Below are positions 24,501 through 36,845 of a stretch of DNA of 64,000 nt, piece by piece. Position 1 is the first letter of the stretch. Each line of letters begins with the position of its first letter. A program made the position numbers and the translations under genes. The stretch is taken from the NCBI RefSeq assembly GCF_036588685.1, contig NC_086375.1, positions 47,492,001 through 47,556,000 of the forward strand. The letters run 5' to 3'. Source of the stretch: Mytilus trossulus (Eukaryota). Below the pieces are notes generated by a model. It saw only the letters and a program-made list of their open reading frames with translations, had not been told where the DNA came from and did not search any database.

Positions 24501-27500
24501 CGTTTTCTATCATAGGTGGGGCATAACAATACCTAATCACGGAAAAATATCATTAACCAATGAACCATGAAAATGAAATCAAAGTCAGACTATTACTGGC
24601 ACACAAACATACAAGTCGTACAATCATTCCATACACCAAATATAATTGACTGAATGTAAAGTTTCCAAAAAATAGACCAAAACTGAACTTTGACAACTGA
24701 AGACCAAAAATAAACTTAGTGACAACTGAACCATTGAATTGAGGTTAAAGTCATGAAAACTATCGTTTGCACATGTACACTTACCAATCATTCCATACAA
24801 GTGATCCATGAAATGAGGTCAAGGTCAAACGAAAAGTATCTGACAGGCATTAGTACAGTAGAAGGTATTCACATACCTTATATAAAAATAAGTGGCTGAT
24901 CCAGGGGTAGATTGGAACCACTATCCCTTTTTTTATTCAATCAATAGGGACATATGTTTGAAACCACCCCTTAATACCTGGATTTGGACCCCCTGTTCTT
25001 GAAAATAGATCAGCCCCTGGAAATCATATTACATGGCAAAAAGCTCAATTTATTTTGACTTTAAAATACTTTACTTTATTTTATGTTTTAAGGCTGATGC
25101 AGATCACTTTATGTCGCTGTGCCAGAAAAGAACACCAGCAGATACTAAGCTCCAGTTAAACAGACTTAGTTTGAGATCTCTTGAAAAGGATAAAAAGAAA
25201 TTTAGGAAGAAAAAAGGTGTGAAAGAGCATGACAATGTTATGTGGGATGTATTGGATCCACACAGGTAAATATAAATCAATCAATATCTATCTATAAATT
25301 TGACCCTAACCTGAAAGTAATTGCAACAAAAGTTTTTTAAGTTTTAATCTTTAGCATTATACCCCAAATATACACAGAAAAAAGTCCCACAGAATCTGAC
25401 TTGAGGAAGACTAAAAAAATTACCATTTAAAAATCCTAAGGAGATTTGCATTGAAAAGGGAGATAACTCTTGCAAAAAAGGCAGAAATATCAATAAAAAT
25501 TGATACAAAATTACAACTTTACCGCTTCTATTCACCAGAATGTAATGCTTCTGATATTTTATCGGTCTTTAGAGTAAAACGAACAACTCTAAAGGTGTTT
25601 TCATATCTTTTATCAAGCTAAAATCTAGATTTCCTAATTCATTAGTTGACCAATTTTTGAATTTTTCAACATGTCAAGGTAAAGAATCTCTAATTTAATA
25701 AAAAGAGTTCAGCATGTATTCTTCTTTTTGTGGTTTAAAGCTTCTTTAGATAAGTAAGATGCTGAAAAAATATAATACACAGATATAAACAATATCAAAT
25801 TTTCACATTATTTTTCAAAAATGGTCACAAAGCTTCAAATTTGCAATTTCTTTAATGAAAAATGCACTCAAGAAATAAAACTACCCATAACACTACAGTT
25901 TTGTACAGTTCATGAGCAGAAGATAATATAATTTAGTCAAAAACAAACTTATAACCCCATCAAAGTATTATACTTTACATAAATTTCAAGAAAATATACC
26001 TAAAAAGACAAAAAAAAACTCATTTTTGCGGAGTTATGGGACTTTTTTCTGTGTATATTAAGGGCATAATGCTATAGATTAGAACTGAAACATTTCCTGT
26101 TGCAATTAGTTTGAGGTTAAATCTTAGTTTGGGTGGACTAATAAGAAAATGTGGTGTAAGTGTCAATTATTCAACTCCCCAGCCAAGAGATAATGTGGTT
26201 AAAATAAACATTTATAGGTTACAGTACAATTTTAAACACAGCGCCTTGGCTCATCCCAAACAGCAAGCTATATTAGGGACCCAAAATGACTAGTGTGAAA
26301 CAATTCAAATTGGATAACCAACTGTCTAATTTGTAAACAAAACAAGAAAATGACAGTTGATATAAATTCAGCTTGTTCAAACATTTCATAGGCAGTTCCA
26401 GGGGGGGGGGTGGAGCTGGGCCCCTCCTTTTGTGGGAAAAACTTGGTTGAAGCATGGCTGGAGCAGGTCCCCCCTTAGGTCAGTCAGTGCCCCCATCCCC
26501 CCTTAGGAAAAGTTGTGGATCCGCCACTGCATTTTTACAGACACCAACCTTCACACTAACATTACAACATAAAAAGAAACACTTTTCAGAATTAATTGAA
26601 AAAGGTTTAACACCTTAAATTGACATGTTTATTTTAAACAAAAAATTATAAGAAGTGACATAATGGAATATTTTAAATATAGAAAACATTTAGTTTAACA
26701 TGTATACTAGCTACCCTATATAATGTAATAGGATACGACCGAACAGTGTCATGGGAATATATTAGCTTTAATTCATGCCTTTCTTTTTTTAGAGATATTC
26801 CAGTTGGTCTTCTCCACTTATTACCTTTAGGATTAATTAAACATTTAATCCAATACATATTTAACAACATTGGAAAAAATGTTAAGACCAAGCTTATGCA
26901 TCATTTGCTGTCTATTTACCCTGGAGCACAATTTCATGAGTTTGATAAACATTTAGGAAGTAGACAAGGGAAGGATTTTAAAGAATATGTGAGTAAATTT
27001 ATTTATATTTTAATTTGTAAACTAGAATGAGCATGAAATATCCATCAAATAACCAAAAACTATTAAATGGGAGAACCACTTGCAGAAGTATGGTATATGT
27101 GAGTGATTGCAAAGGTTATGCTTGTCTCCCACGTGGTGATAGGGGACATAGAAATACCAGACATTAGTCTGTTAGACCTGTTAACACTTACTTGTATATA
27201 ACTTGTACAAGTTCAAAAATGGTCGCAACCAACCTTTTTAAAGAGTTATGCTTCTTGGAAATATTAAGTCCTCTCATGGGTAAATTTTTTGTGTGAAAAT
27301 GAGTGCTGATTGACTTATTTATGGAGAGTTATGCCCTAGGTCTATAATAGCCTTTGACTTTAACCTGAAGCGGGACAGATGGAAAAACAAATGGACACAC
27401 AGATCAGGAAACCTTATGCCCATAAATTGGGCATAAAAAGTAACTAATACAACAATTTCTACATACAGTGTTTTAATAATAAGCATATGAATATTTAATA

Positions 27501-30500
27501 GTACATGTATAAAGAATGAACAGTATTGATTTTGCTTATTTATTAAAGCCAATCCACTATAAACAAATATTTATAAACTAAATGATATTTTTTTTTAAAA
27601 TATTTTAGAAATTTCCCATAGTCTTAAAATGCATAGTATTTCTTTTCAGTTGCAAATAGCACCAATTAATATGTTGTATGCTGGTGTTCCAAGAAGATAT
27701 ATTAAGATGGTGACTAGTTTGGCTCTGGTATGTAAGACATAATTAAATTAGTAACTTATAAACATATTTCCATTACAATTTTAATTGGAAGTGATTGCAG
27801 TGTCCTCTTTTATCAGATGCACATTTATGATTTAAAAAGTGGTACTGTTTTTATAAAGGTTAATTACTTTCCCTGCCTTAAACAATGTGTTTAATTTTTG
27901 TTTTGCCAATTAAAACCATACACCAGGAAAACCAGTAAATCAAGATTAATAATATTATATCATTGGAGTTTGTAAATTGATTGTAACCAGATATATCATG
28001 TTAAGGAGGGGTATTTTTAAAAAATACCAGTCTAGAGAATGTTAAATTTTGCGAGCCGTAAGGCGAGGGAAATTCATTCTCAAGACTAGTAATTTTCGCA
28101 AATGCCCCTCAAGAACATGCTATATCTGTTTAATTACATCGAATGTTAATGTTAAAAAATGCATTGATGATTGTGACGTTACAACCGTCAAGTCCGATAG
28201 AGTATTTTTTGTCTAATTACACCTTATATAAGAATGCCAGCTTTTGATTGGCTGAAAGCCAGTGTATTTTTCGCATATTCTAACATTTTTTCCTCATTTC
28301 AAACGAATCTGACTGTTTTTCACCACTGCAGGTGAATATGCTTCAAATACCATGGTATTTGCCATTTTGGATATTCCTTTTTTACCCTAACGAGCATCTT
28401 CCCGCAAATTTTTTTCGGATACGACTTTACATAAAGACAGCGCGAACGTGCATTAGTACATGTATTTTCCCTCGGTATATTTTATGATTGTACTTGTCAT
28501 CAAATACATATTTCCTTTTCCTAGTACAGAGAGTTTAAATTAAAATGTATTCGGTGTAATTAATCAGATATATCATGTTATGGAGGGGTTATATAATTTG
28601 CAAAAAATACAAGTCTTAATGGGACAAAATTTCCCTTGCCTAGCGCCTTGGGAAATTTAAGTCCCTCAACTTGTATTTTTCGCAAATACCCCTCCATAAC
28701 ATGATATATCTGTTCAAAATACCACAGCAGAGAGGGTAAAAAAGGCATATACTTTTTGCAAATACCCCAGTTGCCTTTAAAATGAACAATTTCCATTTGG
28801 AAACAGTAAACTAGTGAAAAATTCACTGGCTATTAGCCAATCAAAACCCAGGATGCTTCTTATAAAAGAAATATAACATGGCTTGTTAGTATAAGCAGAA
28901 CAGTTACTGTTGAATTTCAAATGATCAGAATTATCTATTCTGTTTTTTTAATTTGTTTTATTTTTATTGTTAAAGATCCAGAAGAAATTGAATGAAACCT
29001 CATTTTGTTCAGAAGATTTGGACAAAATAAGAGAGGATATTAGAGAATATCAGCAACTTATATACCAGTATGCCCCAGAACTAACCAGAAAAGTAAAAGC
29101 ACATCTTTTGCTACACTTGGTAAGATGATCATTAGATATTGTTACTATTGCTTTTAATACTCTTTTTTGGTTTTGATAACGTTTTAAATGTTACAAAATA
29201 TTTCAAGGGTGCTCCGCGTCACCAGGTAATTTAAATTTGCGACAGTAAAACTACTGATGGACGTCCTTAAAGCTTCAAATACAATACAATTATCTCTTAA
29301 CTGACATAGCAATTTTTCAAATACAGTATTGATACTCTGATTGTAATGCATCTCAAAAAGAAATAATACGATAAAACTTTATAAAATGTCTTTTTTTTTA
29401 CCAATTGAAAAAATCCTGTGAAACTTCATGAATGATTGTATAGTTGTAATCGAACATTTGTTGATTCAATCATTTCAAAATGGAGGGTCCCTCTTTAGTA
29501 ACAACTGGTCGATGGTGAATTTGATGTCAATTTTTAGCCAATTTGAATAATGTTACATACATATTGCATTAGAAACTTGTACAACCCTGGTGACTAGAAA
29601 TGGAAGAAAAACAAAAATACCATAACCTATTTAAGACACAGATATATTAAACACAACATTGGAAGCTTAAGAGTAAAAGAGTGAGCAACATAATCTCAAT
29701 AAAGAACAAAGGTGGTCTCAAACTAGAAAAAGAAAACAAGTCATCTTCAAAATGTATCATTTGTCATGATCTGTCATGGTATCCACTATATAAAAAAAGG
29801 ACGTGGAAACCGTTTAAGCATAGCTTATTGAAACTTGATTGTGAAAATTAGTTTTTATTTTTGAAAATTTTTCAGGTAGATGATATTGAAAGACATGGCC
29901 CTCCAAGTGGTTTCCTTGAGGATGGTTTTGAAAAAAAACATGGAAATATAAGAAACCTTATATTCCAACAGAACCAAAAGGCCAGGAGTCGAGACACTGC
30001 CTTCAAGTTTGCACAAAACTTTTTGTGTTTCCATGTGATTACAGGAGGATATTTTGAAAGGAGCAGAATATGGTATGTTGCATTGTTAAACTATATGAAT
30101 TGAGGTTCATTTAACACTGACATTTCAAAAAAATGTATATATACTTTAGTAAACAATAAGATGTGTTATGATTACCAATAAGACAAGCCTCAAAGTATGT
30201 TTAAAGTAGTAAATATAAGCAAGTATAGGTGTCAGTTCAGCCTTTGCGGGATTCAAATCCTTCAACTTATTTGGAACATTGATTTTACAGGACAATAAAA
30301 GAAACAAAAACATTTAAAACTCTTTTAATATACTCAGTTTAACAGTCCGACATGAAGCATGTAACATATGTTTTGAAGAAACTTGGCTGACAGGGACAGG
30401 GCCATTCGTGTCACTTTGACACATCTAGTTTATAATTTTCAGGACACAAGCATCTGCCAAAGTACTTGAATCTGGAGAAAAAGGTCCTATTCTGAAATTT

Positions 30501-33024
30501 CTTGGTATAACACAAGAAAAAACCAAAATACCAGGAAGAATTTCGCTTCTGAAAAGAGATGGAAATGGACATCCAATCATTGAGAATGAAAAGCAAGATG
30601 CGTTGTTACGCATGTCCCTCCAAATTGCATCAATAGTTGATAACAATGATTACACAATTGAAAGAGGGACTGGTGTATGTGCTCAGAATGGTGATCTAAT
30701 ACATGCTGGTGACTGGGTGAAATACAGAAATATAAATAGTGATGTAAGTGAAATAATTAAAATATGTATTTACATTTAGTTACACAGTGTCTAATTAAAC
30801 AGTTATCTTAGTTAGTTTTTCAGGGATATAATGAAACTCTTTTTAATATGCTGTTAACATATATATATTGAAATTTAAAATAAATATGAATAATTATATA
30901 TATATAAAATTACAAAATGCTAAGAAAAATGTTCTTTTATTGACTAATAAGTATATAGAGAAAACTAAACATAGTTTGGAAACGTTGTGGGACAAGCATG
31001 TTGTTATTCAGCTATTCTGTGATGTTGATATCCCCTTACCCCTGTAAAGATTTAATAATATTATCAGATTATTACATGGCATTTTTCATATCGCATGTAT
31101 TATCAGCCCCAGGTTCAATATCAGCCCAAGAGCCGCATTGCTCGAGGGCTGACATTGACCGAGGGCTGATAATATAGGCAATATGAAAAATGACATGCTA
31201 TGATCTTTTTATCATATGCTTCAACAGAAGAGAAAAATAACAGATTTATATATTGATTCTTTTACGTGGTTCCCGAAAAGAAGTTGAAAGAGTAAAAAGA
31301 AATGTTTCTATCATATGCCTCACCAGAGAAAAAAACCCCACACATTTTATATGGACGAATCGACAAAAAAATAATTCAACAATATACACAATGAACATTG
31401 TTTGGAAAAGACAATTTTTTTAAGTAACTTTCTAAATTATGTTTCAGAAAAACTTAAAAAATGCATTTATTTAATATATTTTTTTTTAAATTTTATTTTA
31501 TTACTTTACACAAAGAAGTATATCAACCTCAGACTTCGTCCTCAGTCAATATATTCTTATATTATTAATTCTTTTATTTTAACAAATTTGATTTGTTTAG
31601 GAATAGTCACATGTTAAACTATATTTTTGAAGTTAGAGAAAAACGGCTGATAGCAAAAAGCATATTGCACAGAGCATATTGCACGGTTATTTTTAGAATA
31701 TCTTAAACCTGATTTACTTTGTGACGTCATGTAATGAATTTCAGGATATCGTTAAACGTTTTGAAACAAATTATATCTGTGATCGATTATTTGTTGAAAA
31801 ATATCTTTAATTAGATTTCAAATACATGTCAAACAAACAAAAAAAGTAAATTAAATAACAACTTATATGTCGTTATTGTCAAGGAGACAATATGATATCT
31901 ATAAAATTCAAACAAAATCAAATGATGATTTTGATACAAATATGCATAACATGGTCTGAAATCAATAATATAACAAATATAGCCTTTGTATGAGGTCAAT
32001 ACAGGATATATCGACCCAAAGAAGTATATCGAACTCGGACTTCGTCCTCAGTCAATATACTTCTTTCAGGTCAATATATCCTTGTATCGACCTCATACAG
32101 AGGCTATATTTGTATAGTATCGACCTCATACAAAGGTTATATTTGTATATTATTACATTGTCAATATTTATATGGGTTCATATACTCTATCAAGGTATCC
32201 TTTTAATTGTTTGATGTTCCAGAATACTTTGCTACAGTTATGCTTATGATGATGGCACATAATATAGGATTACACACATTTTTATGCCCTATCTACACCT
32301 ATGATAGTAGAGGGGCATTATTTGTTCTGGTCTGTGCGTCTGTTTGTCTGTCTGTCCCGATTCAGCTTACTTATTTGTCAAGGTATTTTTTTTATGAAGT
32401 TGAGTCCAATTAACTTGAAACTTGCACATGTTCCTTATGATATGATCTGTCTAATTTTAAAGCCAAATCAGATATTTTTATCCCAATTTCACGGTCCATT
32501 GAACAAAGAAAATGATAGTGAGAGTGGGGCATCAAGTCGTAAGGACTACGTAAGTAGTTCAGGCAGAATGGTTTAATGGTTTATGAAAGTGTAAACTAAG
32601 GATAGTAAATCTAATGAAACAATCACATTCAAATATTTTTTGGTATGCAAATTAAATTAGTATTATAATTAGATTATATAAATGTATTTTTCAGATCTGC
32701 TATGGTATTTTCAAAGAAGCTATGAAGATCTGTCCTAAAAGAGGATCTGTGAAATTAATAGCTGTGGTATTGAAATGTACCATTACTGGTGATAAGGTTG
32801 TGCAGTGTCCTGTTTTGAGACTTTCAAATCTTAAAGAATATGTGCCTACCCTCCAAATATTATCTAACAGTCAAGTTATACACAGCTGTCATGAAGCTAG
32901 ATGTAAAGTTATCGAGGGATTGATCACAGAAAAAATTGAACAGGAAAACATTGTCAGAAGAACAGTCACCTTTAACCATAAACTTCAGTGTCAAACCTAT
33001 TTATTGAATGTATTTAAATTTTAA
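18571..33024 (+). CDS. CACTA/EnSpm-like (CMC) DDE transposase, 13 exons, 840 aa, N-terminal C2H2-type zinc finger
   Basis: Exons 18571-18993, 20145-20270, 21053-21150, 21668-21861, 22459-22573, 23813-23960, 25093-25265, 26793-26988, 27650-27727, 28976-29119, 29876-30072, 30443-30743, 32695-33024. All introns are GT-AG and phase-compatible; 2523 nt with no internal stop. Motifs: CDCC..H..H, FLDDTATHKSRRW, GIETFDA, IVADF, YCPKC, DPHRDIPVGLLHLLPLG, GKDFK, KAHLLLHL..I.RHGP, GFEKKH, SRD.A, IHSC...C, YLLN. Confidence 0.88.
20425..20773 (-). repeat. Abundant interspersed repeat (aaaagtaaaatcacaaaaatactgaact family)
   Basis: In-window copies at ~8757-8822, 43097-43310, 56900-56995 and 59080-59370. 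Confidence 0.7.
22777..22995. mobile_element. 219-bp MITE with TGTCA...TGACA ends and 4-bp GACA TSD (Ginger-like)
   Basis: Interrupts the host repeat gattgccaatgaGACAactatccacaaa. GACA is duplicated at 22773-22776 and 22996-22999. Internal GGAATA repeats in both orientations. Confidence 0.75.
23320..23612. mobile_element. Head-to-head foldback of a tRNA-derived SINE
   Basis: Inverted arms ~100 bp across 23391-23612. Pol III B-box GGGTTCGAATCC on the minus strand at 23494-23505. Confidence 0.65.
25300..26125. mobile_element. MITE with ~90-bp imperfect terminal inverted repeats
   Basis: taacctgaaagtaattgcaaca...acacagaaaaaagtccca at the left and its reverse complement at 26037-26120. Deleted relative at ~14636-15000. 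Confidence 0.6.
27985..28725. mobile_element. Non-autonomous element with related hairpins at both ends (unclassified)
   Basis: Hairpins cagatatatcatgtta.ggaggggt...cccctc..aacatg.tatatctg at ~27986-28130 and ~28565-28712. Confidence 0.6.
31065..32150. repeat. Palindromic repeat remnants with hairpins at ~31072-31200 and ~31965-32150
   Basis: tattatcagccc...gggctgataata and acaaatatagcctttgtatgaggtc...gacctcatacagaggctatatttgt arms. Confidence 0.6.
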
Positions 33025-36000
33025 GACAATAATGTATATGTTGTGTATAAGTTGTAAGTTTGTACAAATTGTAATTTGTACAGGTTTTTTGTACAAGTTA
33101 TAAGTTGTTTGACACATACCTTCTAGTATCAGGTGATACAGATTTATCTTCTTAAATGTACATGTTTATCTTTTGAATTCAAATTTATAAAAGCCAACAT
33201 AACATTTGGTTATATACTCCTTGTACTCAAACTGGAAATATAAATATCTGAATGGTTTAAATTCTAATAATGTTTTTTTGTATCAATGCTCAGTATTATG
33301 CATTATCATGAAGTTGTGCCTAGTTATGAAAATACTGTATGCTTGCATCATCCATATGTGTGGATCTATTTATAAAATACAATTGGTATAAACATTAAAA
33401 CTTGTACACAACATATATATATATGCAAACAAATCTGTATAACTAATATTACCTAAAAAAAAATCATAGCATCATTTATCAATTATGATTGTGGTAAGTT
33501 CTTAACCAACACCTTTTTTAAAGAACAGAAAGGAACTTCATTAAACCCAAATTCTTCTGCTAGAAAAATATATTAAACCTTAATACACATTTGTTCCGTA
33601 ATTTGTCACTTAGATATTTGGTATATGATATCCAACTGTTAATGCACCTTTGAAATTCCCCCTGCGTAACCGATACTTTTCTTTGTAGGAGTTATCTCCC
33701 AGAACACTATTTTCATTGTAACTGCATCTCCTCTGTAACCATAAAAGGAAGCATCTAATTCATTTTATAAAATTGCTCATTATATCCTTCGTATGATTTG
33801 TCCTTATTTGACCAAAGCGATATGATAACTCCATATGAGAGTTATTTCCCCTTATGCATTTGATATAAGAGCTATGCATTTCTATCTTGTAAACTTTCAG
33901 TATTTAATAGAGACCCAAGATTTTTTAATTTTAGGCTCTTGATCCAAAAATAATAAAAATTAGGTCAATGTCAGAGGTCAAAGTCATATTTAAAATTTAT
34001 GATTTAAGAAATAATTCATAGCAGCCATATCATATTTTGTGTTTGTATGTGTGTGTGGGGCTTTGTTTTTTACCACATTTTTGTTTTTGCATTGCAATGC
34101 AAGCTACTTGACCCTGGAAAAGCCAACATGAAGTGAAGTTGGTGTAAACCAAAAGTGGCTATTTTTTTGTACTTTATAAATTTAAAAGTACAATGTATAT
34201 TGAACCATACATTTTTGAAGTCAGTCACAAATAGACGTAATATGCAAATGAGTACGCCTGGTCAATAAATTAACCAGGCGTAATATCCTTACATAATGCT
34301 ACACTCATTTTATTTCAGTATATTAACCTAGCTGTGTACTTTTGTGTAGTTGATACAAACTTCTGTACTTTCTTATTGTTTGACATATTGTTTGACAAAA
34401 AACTTGAAATATTAACCATTGAAGAAGCTAATATAGAAATAAATACATTGCATGAAGACAGTGGCTTAAATAAGTTTAAGTCTAAATAAGAAATATGACC
34501 ATTATTTTTCCTTGAAATAAAAGTGTCATTTTAACTAAGTTGTTTTTGAAAATTATTGTCTTTTGAACTAAAATATAAATGATAATACTACAGTTTAACT
34601 TAAAGTAAAAGATTTAAATGTACATGTAATTATCCAAGGATTAAGGTTTTGGGATTTCAAAATTTCTGATAGAACATAATACTTAATTATACTCACATTA
34701 TTATTATTTACCATGTATTACTACTTTCCTTTTATTTCACAATTTTCATTAATTTATTTGATTCAGTATTTCCAATTTCAGATTCTTTCAAAAAGCACAA
34801 AACAAGCAAATTATCCCTGAATATACGAAACTGCCATGTGTCCAACTCTTGCAAACTAAAATCAAAGAGCCACATTTTGAAAAAAAATCCCATGATCCTT
34901 TGCACAAAGCATTATGGGTATTTCTATTTACGCCATACCAGCAGTTTTACGCCCGTAAGAACCGTCAGGACTACAAATTTACGTTTCCTGCTCCCTTACG
35001 CTTGGATCTAGACACGTAACTACCACTTACGCCTGGTTTACGCCTTATTTCAAGGCGTAATACGCCTTATAATTTCGTACGGGTGTGTACAAAAATCCAT
35101 CATTTGACGCTGGATATAATATTTCAAACTGGATTTTCATAATTCTTGATCAAATTTGATCTTCATGGGTGGAAAGACTTTCAATTGTTCAAATTTAATT
35201 ATTTTTTTACATTTCTTTATTTGGATTAAGCAATTCTTTGTAAAAATATCAAAAAGGCTTCCATTTGTAATTTTGAGGTATGATAATGTAACTATGAAGT
35301 TGTATTTGGATATACAGTTTTTGACCCTGTTTTCAGTTATTCTTGTATCATAATCAGGCTTACTCCAGGACCAGTCTTGCAATTTCTACAAAATTGTAAT
35401 TTAAATGACGGTACACTTATTTATGTGAGGAATCAATTAAGAACAAGTTTTTTTTTCATTTTATTTCAATTAAAAAACACTCTTCATCCAATTTTTTTGA
35501 TTTGGGCATAACAAATTTGTTACTAGAATATCTTTTACCTGTGATGTATCTATAATTATCATATTTGTTAGATTAGGCTGTCATTACATGATCATATTGG
35601 TCTCAGGGATTGATAAATAATTTGTCATATCATATCAGAAACTTTGCTGTTTATATCTAATTTGTTATTTGATGATACAATTTCCTATGCATTTTTGATA
35701 GATTTGAGTTTGGATTTTGGAATTATTCATTATGAACATAGAGAGTTCACTATAATTTGGTTTTACTGTATCTGATTCATTGATAGATATATAAAATTGC
35801 AATATTTTTTATTAGGTGGCATCACCTATAGTAAGAATTTAACAGGAAGATCATGTTTTTTGACACATCAAACACTTAGTGAAGATCTCTAATATATATA
35901 TATGTCCCTCGATAGTAGTTTATATTAACAATAAACGATTTAAACTGTTCAATTGTATATTTACTTTTATTTTGCCATAGATAGTTTGTGCAGATTTCAT

Positions 36001-36419
36001 TTCGAACTGCCTAATAATATTTATATTACAAGTTACATTAATAATACATTATTTTCACAATAAGAAATGACCAACATATTTATATACCAAACCCTAACTG
36101 GTACTCTAAAGAGTTTACCAATGCTTGAGTTGAGTTTTGTAGATTTCGGGTTGTTATCTCTTGGACACATTCCACATTTCCATTCTTTATTCTAATAATA
36201 CGTACCAGTATACAAATAATTTAATATCCTATTATATGTTTTTTTGTCTTGTGTTGAGGGAGCCTAAGCATTGGCATTTATATCGTTTCCATAAAAGATT
36301 ATTGCATTATTTTATGCATTTTTTATAATATCAAAATAACACATAGGCAAGACGTAGGTATATATTATTCATTTACATGTCAATCAAAAAGTTTAAACAT
36401 TATTACATAAGTCAGTTTT

Positions 36420-36845
36420 CAAAACATGAAAAACATATGTTTTTGAACATAAATATCTTTATTTTGTGTTACTCAAAACATACGTTAACGGCCTGTTTTC
36501 AAACATACGTTAACCAGATGTTACTCAAAACATGCGTTTACCAGGTGTTTTTCCAAACATATGTAAACTACATGTTTTCAAACACATGTTTACCAGGTGT
36601 TTCTTAAAACATATGGTAAACATATGGTCAAACGTATGTTTCTCATATGTTTTGTAAACATGTGTTTCACATGCGTTCATCAACGCATGTTTACTACATG
36701 TTTTTCAAACATATGGGAAACGCATGGTTTCAAACACATGTTTACCACCTGTTACTCAAAACAGATGGTAAACATATGGTGAAACGCATGTTTACCATAC
36801 GTTTTCAAAAACACCTGGTAAACATGCGTTGCAATTTTGCCTGTG
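36420..36845 (-). repeat. Right subterminal repeat array and TIR
   Basis: Same motif family as the left end over ~430 bp, ending ...acatgcgttgcaattttgcctgtg. Confidence 0.9.

Larger units (their letters stand above)
9010..36845 (+). mobile_element. Giant (27,836 bp) CMC/CACTA(EnSpm)-like DNA transposon with two divergent genes
   Basis: Perfect 24-bp TIR CACAGGCAAAATTGCAACGCATGT at 9010-9033 and its reverse complement at 36822-36845. TA on both flanks (9008-9009, 36846-36847). Subterminal repeats at both ends and an internal spliced transposase gene. Confidence 0.93.
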
